Assembly (NCBI GenBank): GCA_043228905.1
Contig: JBHGNT010000018.1
Location: 9,920,001 to 9,984,000, forward strand
DNA length: 64,000 nt
Reading direction: 5' to 3'
Source: Azolla caroliniana
Lineage: Eukaryota; Plantae; Polypodiophyta
Below the pieces are notes generated by a model that worked only from the letters and a program-made list of their open reading frames with translations, did not search any database and had not been told where the DNA came from. How positions within the stretch are numbered: position 1 is the first letter of the stretch; each line of letters begins with the position of its first letter. Shown here in pieces: positions 51,381 through 64,000 of the stretch. The position numbers were made by a program, and so were the translations under genes.

Positions 51381-53407
51381 CCCCTTTGGACACGAAGTTG
51401 AAGACTACTACGCACCAAAGACATGGCAATGACGAAATGTGCGAGAAATCAAATGGACGATGTGCGAGAAATAGTGATGTTGATTGGAAGTTGTCGAGGT
51501 CGAGGAATGCAACACGGTGATGTTGTGCGAGAGGATGTCGCAAAAGGATACGCAACAGACGTATATTCAAGTGTGTTTCCGAAAGTGGTTAGCAACAATG
51601 TGTATGTTTTCAAAAGCGTGGTGCAAGATGCACGGCTGGATAAACAGCGACGCAGAGGGAGGGAACCGGTGCCAGCACGATCGAAAAGAGAACCCACCAG
51701 GAGATTGCGGAGGAAGAAGCCATGTGTGGAGTGGATGCCGGCAGGATGTGCTAAGAATGCACAAGATATGGTTCCAAAAGAAGAAACGCGGATAGATTCG
51801 GAACCGGAATCAGAACCAGAACCCGAGTCGGTTAACACCGAAGGGTTGAAGAAGACGGAGATGGAGATGCAGACGTAGACCAGACATCAACCAACAACGC
51901 CGGAAAGATACGAACGGATGCACTAGACAAAGGCGATCAAAAAGACACAAGACATAGTAGGATGGGTCAAATGGGCCGAACAGGCGACTAGACAGACGGA
52001 CGGACCGGACACACGATTGAAAGACAATGGATAGACATCCGAACAAGCGGCCGAAACGCACAGAAGCAGCCAAAGTGGCCAGACAAGGGCGGAAGAGAAG
52101 TCGGTGTGGTTGGATAGGAGCGGAAGAGCAGTCAACTACATCCAGAATGGTGACACCGACTGAGATGGAGGAGAGGACGGAAAAGCGTCAGCTGGAGAGC
52201 GACCGAAGAGCCATCGAAGGGGCTAGCTGGAGTGGCCGAACGGTATCGGAATCAACGCAGCAGGACCGGACGGGCCAGACAAACGCACGAGGCCGGACAG
52301 CGGCCAAGACAGAGACCTAAAGAGCCGGAGACCTCTAAAAGCCATGGCCAAACCATAGGTTGAATAGCGGACGAGATGCAAGACGACCACCACGGAAGGA
52401 CAATGATAGATAGTGACAACGGGAAGCTGTTGTCGGACAGTCAGCCGGAATGAACGGGACTAAAAACAACGTCGAAGTCGCGGCACAGAGGCCTGACAGC
52501 ACATAGGCGGCCGGATGAAGTGGCGGTGCCCGGACGGGCCAAATAGAGATGGCAATGGCAACGACTGATAGTGATGGATGGCAACGATAGACAACTGATG
52601 ACGACAATGTTGGACATGCCACTGAGGGGCAGAGGAAGAACAGCAAACGACGCCGTACAAGGCAAGGATAAAGAGGAAACAAGCAAAAGACAATGAAAAA
52701 CAGAGAATAAGAAACAAGAAGAAATAGATCAAGAAGAGAAAGACAAAAGAAACATGGGTAGACAGAGAAGAGACAGAAGCAGAAGAAGGGCAAGAGAAGA
52801 AGCAGAGAAGGAAGAGGAAGGAAAAGCACCATTCGCAGTGGAAGAACAAAGAAAAGGAAAAGAAAGACGAGAAGATGACCCAAAGCTACCACCAAAACAA
52901 AAGAAGAGAAAGAGACGTTGAAGAAGAAGAAGAAGGAAGGAAGGAATCGGAGGAGACAGACAGATAGAAAGGAGGGAAACGACAGAAGTAAGAGAAAAGA
53001 GGGAAAAAGAGAATGATAAGGGGCATTCGAGGAGTTTTGAAAACTTGAGGGCATCCATAGAATCTCGAAAAACCTGATGGCATTGTCAAAATTTTAAAAA
53101 ATCAAAGGGCACCTACGGAATTTCGAAAACTCATGAACCTAAAAGAAATGGACGCGATCCACCCACAACTCACAAGATACAAAGAAGAACACACATACAC
53201 ACAACGTCTTTTTGACGACCCGAATGATGTTACCAAAGTTTGTGAGCCAACAGAACGACAATGTTCGTGTTGATGAAGTCGCTAACTGAAGGAGATGTTC
53301 GAGTCAAGCGCTCCGATCAAGGGAGTCGATAGTTGAGACGGCTGATGGAAGTTCCGGTCGAAGAAATATTATGATGAAGGCATGTGGGATCGACATGCAA
53401 GGCACTC

Positions 53408-53423
53408 TCCCACGGGCGTGCCA
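53408..53423 (-). promoter_or_regulatory. Second, inverted PBS-like site before the right LTR
   Basis: rc TGGCACGCCCGTGGGA, 5 nt from LTR; no PPT at this position. Confidence 0.75.
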
Positions 53424-54252
53424 TATTGTGTTACCATACGAGATGTAGGGGTGATTGATAAGTGTCATAAGTGAGGGTGAACGATGTAATGTATGTGTAA
53501 TGTTATACGATTATGAGTGTGAATGTAAGTGTGAGTGTGGTGGATACAAAGAGGTGTGAGTGAGTGACTAGGTGTGAATGCCCAAGGGGCTTGCACCCTT
53601 GTGTATCTACCCTTTTGTACCTATTTAACCCCTTATGGGGAATGAATGAATACAAGGATCATTTCTCTCTCTCTCACTCTTCCCCCTTACATTGAACCCC
53701 CTTGGGAGGGGGGTGGAGCCATTCTAGGAACCACCCCCCACCCCTCAATGCTTGTCTTGTTCTTCATGTTCTCTCTCACCATCATACCATTCATCATCTC
53801 CACCATTACGCCATGTCTATCTTCATCATCAATCATCATCATCATAATATATTAACCCTAACCCTAAAACCATATAACACCTTCTTTTTTCTGGTTTTCA
53901 GCGTCGGCTCGAAAAACCTATAATTCGGGTGCTATTCTGTGTTTGGACCTTTTGATTAAGTTGTATTATGTGTTTGGACACTATGGCTTTGATTCGGTCT
54001 TCGCCCATTTCATACTTAGCTCGAAAGGTGTTCAAGTCGTTTTGTGCTTTGGTCGTGTCTTGTTCAAACTTGGCCTTGAGGATCGCACACAATGTTGTGA
54101 CATTAGCGAGTTGGGCCTCCAGATTTTGCGTATGAAAGTCTATCCAAATTATCCGCTAATTCCTACCGATAATGGTTTGTTGTTGTTCAAGTTCGAGGGT
54201 TGTGGAGATTTTGAGCTGGTGGAGGGATTCTACTAACGTCGCTCGTTGCGCC

Positions 54253-57200
54253 TATAAAAACAAATAGTGTGTGGAAGCAATAGAAAACAGATAACAGATA
54301 ACAGGTTCAATGGAGAGCTTAATAGTACATGGGAGAGACAAAGACAACAGAAAGAGAATCACAATTCAAAAAATTATATCAACACTCTGTACATAGTATG
54401 TGTTCAGCGAACACTTTTATACAAGTCCATACGAACTGACAGAAGTACGGTGTACTTCAATGCTCACTCGAGCGTCTGACACTAACTACAAGAGTAATAA
54501 CTCCCTAGTAGTCTAGCTGCTACTAGGCTTCTGGTTACTGATGGATCCAGCTAACCGGCTCCCCAGCTCACCGGCTCTTTGCTCACCAGGTGCTCACCGG
54601 CTCACCAATCCATCTCGCTCATCGGCTCAAGCTTATTCAGCCGATTCGGCACCAATTGAGCTTGCCGTTCAACACTCCCCCTCAAGCTCAACTTGAGGTC
54701 CAGTCGTAGTGTCAAAGTCTGTGGCAACCGGTCCTTCTGCCCTGCTCCTTCTGGCGTCACTCCGCCTTGCTTGCGCTCCTCGTCTGGTCTGGTTCTGTTT
54801 GCCGCAACCCCTCTTGTTCTGCACACCTCGACCTCCTCAGTCGACTTGTCTGCTCAACAGGCCTAATTCAGCTCCCTCGCTGCTATGACTTCGGCACGTG
54901 CCGGTTCGCCGATTCCTTCGTGTTGGCGTCGACTTTCGCCGCCTTCTCGTCCTCTTGGTCTTGAATTGATCTGGTTCTTCTAAATCTGTTTGTTGAACCG
55001 AATCCTGTCTCCAATTCGTTCCAGCTCTTGTCCGAATCGGTCACTCCTGATTCGTCTTTCGATTCGAGGCCCTTCACCGCATCGGACCATGTCCGGGTCT
55101 TGGCCTTCTTCCTTCGGTCGGCTCTGTCCTTCTTGACTCTGCCACCGCTGCTGCTTGTTTCGACTTGTTCGGATGTGTCGACTTCCTTTGTCGACTCGGC
55201 TCCTTTCTTCTTCTTGTCTCTCCCTTCGTCTATTCTTCCCTCACCGGCGCAATCGACTGTCTCTTTGCCTTTGCCCGTTCTGGTGTCTTTGCCCGTTCTC
55301 CCCCTCAAGTGTGGCATGTCGAGATGTAGAACACCAAGCATTTCGGTGAAGTGTTGCAACTTGTCCGATCCGAGTGGTTTGGTAAAGATGTCGGCAACTT
55401 GCCGATCCGTGTGAACATACCGAAGTTCGACCTCACCGCTCAGGACACGCTCACGCACGAAGTGATAGTGCACTTCTATGTGCTTTGTGCGAGCATGGAA
55501 TACGGAGTTCTTGGCGAGATGTATGCTGCTTATGTTGTCGCAATAGATCAGAATCAGGGTCGGTACCTCGATCCATAGGTCTTGCAGCAGTGGCCGAAGC
55601 CAAATAGCTTCACAGGTGGCAATGGTAGTGCCCTGATACTCAGCCTCAATACTCGACAGAGCAACTGTTGGCTGATTTTTGTTGCTCCACACAACAGCCG
55701 CGCTACCTACGGAAAACATATAACCGGAGGTTGATCGGCGATCTAATGCATTGTCGGCCCAGTCAGCATCTGTGTAACCGACCAGCTCTTCGGTTATACC
55801 TCGCCGGTATAACAGTCCCCGGTCCTTCCTGTCGCTCACATACCGCAGTATTTGGTGCACGCACTTAAGATGCTCTACGGTTGGCTTCTGCATGAATTGG
55901 CTAATCACACCGACCGGATAACTAATGTCGGGTCGGGTGATGGTCAAATATATAAGGCTTCCGACAATTTATCGGAACCGTTTCTCATCGCAGGCCGGTC
56001 CGAAGTCGGGACGGAGCTTCTGGTTCCGGTCCAGGGGAGTAGAGATAGGTCGACATTCCGTCATGCCAAACTTGTACAACATATTCAACACATAGTGCCT
56101 TTGTGATAGCAATATGCTATCGGGGGTTCGGATCACCTCTATCCCAAGAAAATAATGAAGGTCCCCAAGGTCCTTCATCTCAAATGCATCCAACAACTAG
56201 GACTTGACTCGGCTTATTTCATCGAGTCCGGGTCCGGTGATGACTAGATCATCAACATACAACAAGATGCAAACCGAACCGTCTGAACCTTGCCGGATGA
56301 ACAACAAAGAGTCGGACTTGGAGGCTGCAAACCCCATCTTACGTAACCGGTGCGTGATCTTCGCATTCCAAGCTCGGGGGGCTTGCTTCAGGCCATAAAG
56401 TGACTTCTTCAACCAGCATACCGCCGACTTGTTGATCTCCGTCTGGAAACCAGGGGGTTGTATCATAAAGACCTCTTTTTCAAGATCTCCTTGAAGAAAT
56501 GCATTCTTCACATCCATTTGGTGAAGATGCCACCCCCTTGCTGCAGCAACCGCTAGCACCACACAAACCGTCGTCATCTTCGCTATTGGAGCGAAGGTCT
56601 CGTCATAGTCGATTCCGTGGGTCTGTGCGTATCCCTTCACCACTAACCGGGCCTTGTACCGGTTAACTGAACCGTCGACATTGTACTTTACCTTGTACAC
56701 CCACTTGCATCCGATCGGTTTACTGTGACGGGGAGGGTCAACCAGGTCCCATGTATCGTTGGCATCAAGTGCACGCATCTCTTCTTCCATGGTGGCACGC
56801 CAATGTGCGTCCTTTGCCACTTCTGTGTAGCTCTCCGGCTCACGCATTTCCGCCACCTTGGTCATGTACGCATAGTGATGCGCCATGTACTCATTGTACC
56901 CGTACCGCTTAACAGGTTCCTTCTGGCGGGTTGACCAACGTAACCCACAGTTACCCGGTTTGAGGCCCTTCTTGGCCGGTTCGGTCTTCGGTGCCGAAGA
57001 ACCGTCATGTTCCTTTCCGGAGTCGGATCCGCTCCGATACGACTCATCAATACCGGTTTCATAATCCGGCATCTTCTTCTTCCCCTTCTCTTTGCGCGTG
57101 AACCGTCTCCTCGGTTCCTTGCGCAGGGAGAGCACGGCAAAGTCTTCACTACTCGTCGGTTCCTCATCCGACTGGTCGGATTAACCCAGTCTCTCGTTCG

Positions 57201-60113
57201 GCCCACTCAACCGAAACGATTCTGGACTCTCTTCTTGAGTCCCAGATTCATCATCTTCTAACTGGGCCAGTTTAGGCTCACTAGCCTCATCCTCCGGTAT
57301 CGGGTCAGGGTCAGAAGTCAGAGCTAGTAAGGCATACCACGATGTTGTCTCATCAAACTCAACATCGCGGCTAACTCGGACCTACTTCGTCCGGGGGTTA
57401 TAACACTTATACCCCTTTTGCTCATGTGAGTAGTCGACAAGGATGCACTTCTCCGATTTTGCATCCAGCTTCCTCCGCTTCTCATGCGGCACGTACACAT
57501 ATGCTATACTGCTGAAAATCCGAAGGTGTCTCAAATTTGGCTTGCGTCCGAAATACAGCTCATGCGCGAACATCTTGTCACCGATCCGGTTTTGGATGTA
57601 GACGGCCGTCCGGACCGCATCCGCCTAGTAGAAATGGGGCATGCTCTTCTCTTCCAACATTGCCCTTGCCGCATCAACAAGCGACCGGTTCTTCCTTTCA
57701 GCCACACCGTTTTGCTCCGGTGCATATCTGCACCTAAACTCTCTCTGAATTCCTGTTTGTTGCAGATAACTGTTGAATTGACTGGAAAAGTATTCTTTTT
57801 CGCCATCTGACCGCAAGCACTTGATCTTCCTCTCTGATTCTCGTTCCACCATGCTCTGGAGGTTCCGGAAATAGTCGAAGACTTCACTCTTCTGCTCAAT
57901 GAGGTAGATCCATGTGTGCCGGCTATAGTCGTCGATGAAGGAGACGAAGTATCGACTCCCGCTAAGACTCACGTTCTGTGCCGGTCCCCATACATCCGAA
58001 TGAATAAGATCGAGCTTGTTACAGCTACGGTTTTGTTCCGCGGGGAATGGAAGCTGGTGTTGCTTCCCGAGTTGGCAGGCTTCACATACTTTGGGCCTTC
58101 CGGCCACTAAACTTTGGCAAACCAAAAACAACTTGTTTCATTTGCAAGTCTTGAAGCCGTCGGTAATTGACGTGGCCAATCCGCTTGTGCCACAGGTCAA
58201 TGTCTGATTCGACCTTCTGTACTTTGGCAAACAAAGCGGTGTCGAGGATGAATATCCTCCCATCTCTGCGCCCTTGCGCGATAATCTGGCTCTCCTCCTC
58301 GATGAAGCACCCAAGGTGTGTAAACCGCACCTGCATTCCCTGGTCAACGATCTGTCCGAACGACACCAGGTTCTTCGTGATAGTCGGAACGTGTAATACG
58401 TTCATCAGCTTCCCCCTCTGTCTAGCGTGGCTGAGGGAAACTTCTCTGACATGCATGATTGGGTGAGGAGTGTCGTCTCCAGTTTCGACAACTCCCGGTT
58501 GTTCCGGCTTCTCCAAGAAGGAGAACCACTCTTTGTGGTTCGTCATGTGATTTGATGCAACGGAATCAACGTACCATACTTCCTCCGATTTGGAAGTGGT
58601 CTTCTTCATCGAGTTAGCCTCGTGTTTCATCACCAAGGCTGGCCCCTTACCAGTCTTCCCGGTTACGGATCCTTTCGATCCTTGCGCGTAGTGCGAGCTT
58701 TGCCAGTTCTCCCGACCGGTTTTGCCGGATCCAGATCTGTTCGAATCAGCGCGCTTGTTCCAGCACTCGCTTTCTATGTGGCCCTTTTTGCCTCAGTATT
58801 AGCATTCCGTGGTGGATTTGTCTTGCCGGCCTTCGGCTCCACCTTGACTCCCCATGCTTGTGGAAGTCTCGAAACTGTTGTCGGTACAGTCTCTGTGCCG
58901 TTGGTCTTTCCCTTGCCGGCCGCCTCCATTGCGTGCCGACCCGTCTCGTCCACCAAGCCCACGGGGCCGATCCGCCTCCGTGTACAACATCCGGCTGTCA
59001 GTGGGTGCACTTGTTGACGCACCGGTGTGGTTCTCCTCTACAAGGAGCATCGATTGTAAGTCGAAAAATGACGGCGTATTCTCCCTCGTTCATATAGTTG
59101 TCCGGAAAGCTCGGAACTTAGACGTTAGGCGCCCAAGACAGACCTGTACCATCTCATCTTCCTCTACCGTGATGTTGATAGAGGCAAGCGAGTCATAGAT
59201 CTCTTTTATTCGGGCCGTGTAATCAGCCACCGACATGTCCTTCTGTCGGACATTGCTCAACTCATGTCAGAGTTGCAGCTTCCGGGTTGTAGTGCTTGCG
59301 GCGAACACCTTCTTCAGGTTTCCCCAAGCCTCTTTCAGCGTCTTGGCATCTCGGACATGGCTCAACAGCTGGTCTCCGACACTAGATGCAAAGCAGTACA
59401 TCACTCTGCTTGCCAATTGTTCCCACACCAGGAAGTCCTTGTGTGCCACATCAGGTGTTGTCTCGTTAGTTCCGTTGACATAGCTCCAGTAGCCATTCCC
59501 AAGCAGGTACTCGTGCATCTTGGATGACCAAGATGCGTAGTTGGATCTGTCAAGCTTCTCCACCGGAAGCAAGCTAGCCATTCCTCTATCCATTGTTTTT
59601 TTTTTCTCTGTTCTTTACAAAGGTTAGGTATTCTTCTTGTGAAAGTGAATGTCGGTTGCAGAGGTTCTCAACCCTCGCGCTCTGTTGCGCCTGTAAAAAC
59701 AAATAGCGTGCGGAAGCAATAGAAAATAGAAAACAAAGAACGGGTTCAATGGAGAGCTTAATAGTACGTGGGAGAGACAAAGAGAGCAGAAAGAGAATCA
59801 CGATTCAAAAAATTATATCAACACTTTGTACATAGTATATGTTCAGCGAACACTTTTATACAAGTCCATACGGACTGACAGAAGTACGGTGTACTTCAAT
59901 GCTCACTCGAGCGTCTGACACTAACTACAAGAGTAATAACTCCCTAGTAGTCTAGCTGCTACTAGGCTTCCGGTTACTGATGGATCCGGCTAACCTGCTC
60001 CCCAGCTCACCGGCTCTTTGCTCACTGGGTGCTCACCGGCTCACCGATCCGTCTCACTCACCGGCTCAGGCTTATTCAGCCGATCCGGCTCAAATTGAGC
60101 TTGCCGCTCAACA
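54253..60113 (-). mobile_element. Full-length Ty1/copia element K
   Basis: LTRs 59692-60113 and 54253-54674, TSD GCGCC/GCGCC, PPT rc 54675-54684; gag 59267-59593, PR, INT, RT 56197-57135, RH 54883-55947. Confidence 0.96.
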
Positions 60114-62668
60114 GCGCCTCGGTTTCTTCTAACTTCTAAAGGAACCGACTTGAGAGGTGTTGGAGTTCCGAAAGTTCACTTCACAAGGACTCCCTTTCTT
60201 CAGAGTGTTGGCGAGATGCCCGTTGATGTTATTCCTTTGCTTCCGCTAATTTTGTTATTGCGAGGTCTCGCGCAACCTTGAGAGTTTCAACGGTTTTCCG
60301 TTATGTTGCCTGAAGCTAGGCCGTTCGGTCGTTGAGTAATTGTTGGAGCTCGGCTTCTCTCTTTTCTGCTTGCTCCTTTATCTAGTCAGGCTCCACTTTG
60401 GCATTTTCATATCGTTCCTTGGCTTTGTCCGCAATTGGCGTTTGGGTTGCGATCTCCTCTTCGTAGTTGCAGTTTGGGACTTCTGTTGTAACCGCGTCGG
60501 TGGGCTCGTCATTTTGTGTGCAAGCATTCACAGGTTCAGGGGTGTTGGTCGTATCCGTTTGGATGGATGCATCGACAAGGTTGGACATCGGGGGTGGTCC
60601 GGTGAGGAGGTTGGGTTCTCCTTTTTCGTGAAGTCGTCGTTGAAGTTCAATCAGGCGGTTCTCGAAAGCATGCCATAACTCTCTAGCCGTTTTTGCTTGT
60701 TTGCGCACATGTTTACTACTAACTGTCATATCTAGATTGGATACTTGTTTTGAACGTTGTGCGATATGCCCACAATGCACTGTGCAGTTTATCATCCATT
60801 GACTCGGCCAACCCATTTGCTTGAGGGTAGTAGGGTGTGCTTTTCTTGTGTACGACCGCTTAAAGGGTGATAAGAATGTGGACTAAACGATTGAGAAAGT
60901 GACCCCATTGGTCGCATATGACCTCAGTTGGATAGCCAAATCGACACCATATATATTCATACACAAACTTGGCGGTAGACATGGTCATGTTGTCACGTAA
61001 AGCCTTTGCTTTGACCCATTTCATGTAGTAGTCGGTGGCCATGATGATGTACTTATGGCCATTTCCGGTCGTGGCTGGTTTAAATGGACAGACAAAATCT
61101 AATCCCCACTTCTGGAAAGGTTCTAATGGAAGGACCGGTTGGTAAGGCATATGGGCTTGTTCGGTGGGTTGGCCCATTCACTGACATAAGTCGCATTGTT
61201 TGCAGAATTTGTGAGCATCCTTCTTTGTTGTGGGCCACCACAACTCACTTTGCCAAAATTTTTGAGTCGTGGCATCGCCGGCATAGTGACCGTCAGCTAT
61301 CTCGTGATGTGCCTGCCGTAGCATCCTTTTCGAAGTGGCGTACCGCACGATCTGATGCCATTCGAGCCTTTGTGGTACAGGGTGTGTGACAAGGCAAAAA
61401 TTTCAGCTGCGAACTGCCAATCATTTCTTGGCATCTAGGGTTAAATTTTTAGGTGGAAGGCTGGTGCTGAGGGAGTTGGCATCTCGTTTATCCAATCTTC
61501 CTCGTTATTGGCCAATGGTGTGGTTGTGTTTACCCCAAAAAGGTTGGCGTTGGGTAATTCATCGTATTCCATTCTGGCTGGTTCACCGATTTGAATTGGC
61601 TCAAGTAATTCACGACCGCATGTTGTACTCCTGGTTGATGTTGTATGTTGAATTCGAATTCTTGGAGAAGCAACATCCAGTGTGCCAGTCGACCGGTTAT
61701 TGCTTGCATATTGACGAGATGGAGTAGCGTCGAGTGATCCACGTGGAACGTAATTTTTCAGCCGAGGAAATAGTGCCAAAATTTCGTAATGTTGTCGATC
61801 ATGTCGAGTGCCCCCCATTCTATTGTGGAGTAGTTCCTTTCGACTGTCCGGAGCCGACGGCTAGCATAGTAGACTGGGCGATACCAGTTTGGAGGCGTCT
61901 TTTACATGAGGGCACTCCCAATGGCCACGTCCGATGCGTCAATGAAAACATGGAAGGGTTACGTCCAATCCGGTGGTTGCACTACCGATGCGTGTGAGAC
62001 CATTACCTTAAGGGAGAAATATGTGTCGTCTTCTATTGCCGTCCAACGAAACGGAACCCGATGTACAGCCACATGTAACGGTGTCGCGAACTCGGCCAGG
62101 TAATGCAACCTTCTGCTATGCCACCTAATTTGACCCAAAAACTGGTTGAGGGCTTTTGTTGTGGTCGGGGCCGGAGCATTCAGGATGGCATGCACTTTGT
62201 CAGGATCCATTGCTATTCCGTCGCAGCTAACAATGTGGTCGAGTACGGCTCCGTTGGATACGTAAAAAGCACACTTGGCTGGGTTTAGACTTTGCCGACT
62301 TTGTCGGCATCACTCTAGACAAAGGCGTAAGTGCCCGAGGTGTTCATTCTTCTGGACATACACGACAAAGTCATCGAGAAAGACTTGCATAAAGGCCGGA
62401 ATGTAATCGTCGAAAATCTTGGCGATAATTCGTTGCAAAGTGGTCGAAGCTGTCTTTAGGCCAAATAACATCACGACATCCACAAACACGCTCCATTCAG
62501 TGACAAATGTTGTTTTCTCTTGGTTGTCGGGATGCATTTGTATTTGATTATAGCCATTAAACCCGTCTAAAAAGTTATAGCATTCATGGCCAGCCACTAC
62601 GTCGAGGACGCCATCTGTGAACAGAAGAGGAAAGGCATCCATAACAATTCCCGCGTTGAGCTTGTGGT

Positions 62669-64000
62669 TGTTATCGCTATCTAGCCAGACAATGGCCTAA
62701 CGCAGGGTGTCCCCTTGAGACACTTCACCAAAGGGTGTTGCGGTGAGATAAAGTTAGACCGACTATTAATGGAACCCTAATTGGTTATTAAACGGCAAGA
62801 TCATTAGCCACATTACACGTGTAGGATAAATTACACTTAGCACAAAACGGTAATTAACAATGATTAAATACAGAACTCCAACACTCTATTAATTATCCGC
62901 TAATGATTACAATCTAACCGGGCCCTTTTTATAGGTCTCCGGAAGGTACAAACCGGTGCCAACCGGCAACCGGCTACGAACCGGTCCGGATCCGGATCAG
63001 TATACCAATTCCGTGTCCGTCCGTTCGCTTCTCAAATCATAATAATTCTATATATAATCAACTCCCGGTTATTAATTATCCCCTCGTTTCCCATTTTGCA
63101 CTACCCTTGCCAGCCGGCTAACACATGGCACGCCCGTAGGACAGTACCTTGTACGTCGAATCCCATGATCCAGCCTTCATTCATCCTCCAAAATGTCCAA
63201 AATGCTCTGATCTAAGGGTTACAATGGTTCTTCAGGAAGTTGTTCTGTAGTTTGTTGCTGATGTTGTTCCTCCTCCTGCTGTTCTTGTGATTGTGGCTGC
63301 TCTTCTTGCCGCTCTGGCTCCGGTTGTGGCTGCTGCTGGTTGACGTTCGTTGCCTGTGGCTTCTCGGTCTTACTGGCTCTGTATCCATTTCCGTCTCAAC
63401 TGGTCTTACCGGCCCTTCCTCCTTTTCCAGCTCTACCGATCTTGGCATCTCCTGGTTCTATTGTCCGGCATGCAATGGTTCCTACGGATGATCTTCTTTT
63501 AGCGGCTCCTCTTGAGTACTATCTGGTTGGCTTCCCCTGGCTTTAACCAGCATTTTTTTTGAAGATGGCTCCTCATCACTGATGCTAATCACCGCAGTTT
63601 TCTTGGCCACTTCTTGTCGTCGCCATTCTCGTTCGTACTTCTCGAAACGGAGTTGGTTGTCCAACTGGTCATCATCCAGTTGTGCCACCAATTGGCATAC
63701 CACCACCCTCTGCTCATCAGCCAAGGATATGAAATCATCTGCCAGTTCCTCTTTTATTGCTTCAATGCTTTCTTTATCCAGGATGTAAACTTTGTCGCCC
63801 TCTTTCCGTTGGTTCTCCGCATCTACCCGCAGCAACTGCAGCTCTGCTGCCTGCTTAGCCCACTTTGACCACCATTGTACTAAGCTTTCTTCCACCAATT
63901 GCTTCGTTCGATTCCTCCATGCCAGTACGATTTCCCGGATCCGCCCCAACCCCATCTTCGACTTGTTTTCCGCAACCTGTTTTTAATCCTTCAATTATTT
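62669..64000 (-). mobile_element. 3' end of gypsy element L (LTR 62669-63123 and extra ORF), continues off window
   Basis: TGTTA..TAACA LTR with minus-strand CCTATAAAAAGG; ORF 63482-63955 homologous to 50700-50942; inserted in RT of J. Confidence 0.8.

Larger units (their letters stand above)
50934..53879 (+). mobile_element. Non-autonomous LTR element (LARD/TRIM-like)
   Basis: LTRs 50934-51356 and 53429-53879, TSD CCTTT/CCTTC, ~2.07-kb interior without gag/pol motifs. Confidence 0.9.
49782..62668 (-). mobile_element. Non-chromovirus Ty3/gypsy element J (RT-RH-INT, extra ORF, 3' LTR), split by three insertions
   Basis: RT FLDD 62310-62642, RH ~61530-61960, INT 60860-61177; extra ORF pieces 60382-60816, 53898-54092, 50700-50933; LTR ~49782 (or 49750)-50366. 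Confidence 0.85.

Noticed and set aside
52335-53089. Hydrophobic membrane/env-like ORFs on the minus strand
   Set aside because: Produced by a CT-rich low-complexity tract that is open in several frames

Overview
Eukaryotic (land-plant, probably non-seed: moss/liverwort/fern-like) heterochromatic DNA with no recognisable host gene. It is almost entirely nested, mostly decayed retroelements: 6 copies of one Ty1/copia group (gag 'EKLDRxNYASWSYKMHQYL'), 3 Tnt1/Tork-like copia (one nearly intact, 37764-43187), 4 Ty3/gypsy elements, solo LTRs and a non-autonomous LTR element. Nesting order can be read from target-site duplications. Two features stand out. (1) A Penelope-like RT relic (45233-48980) with a degenerate hammerhead ribozyme, enclosed by ~190-bp inverted repeats carrying the 5S rRNA internal promoter and by outer direct repeats with tRNA-type A/B boxes. 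(2) Gypsy-type elements that have a second, inverted tRNA-Arg primer-binding-like site where the polypurine tract should be. All calls were made by eye from motifs; clade names and novelty were not checked against databases.
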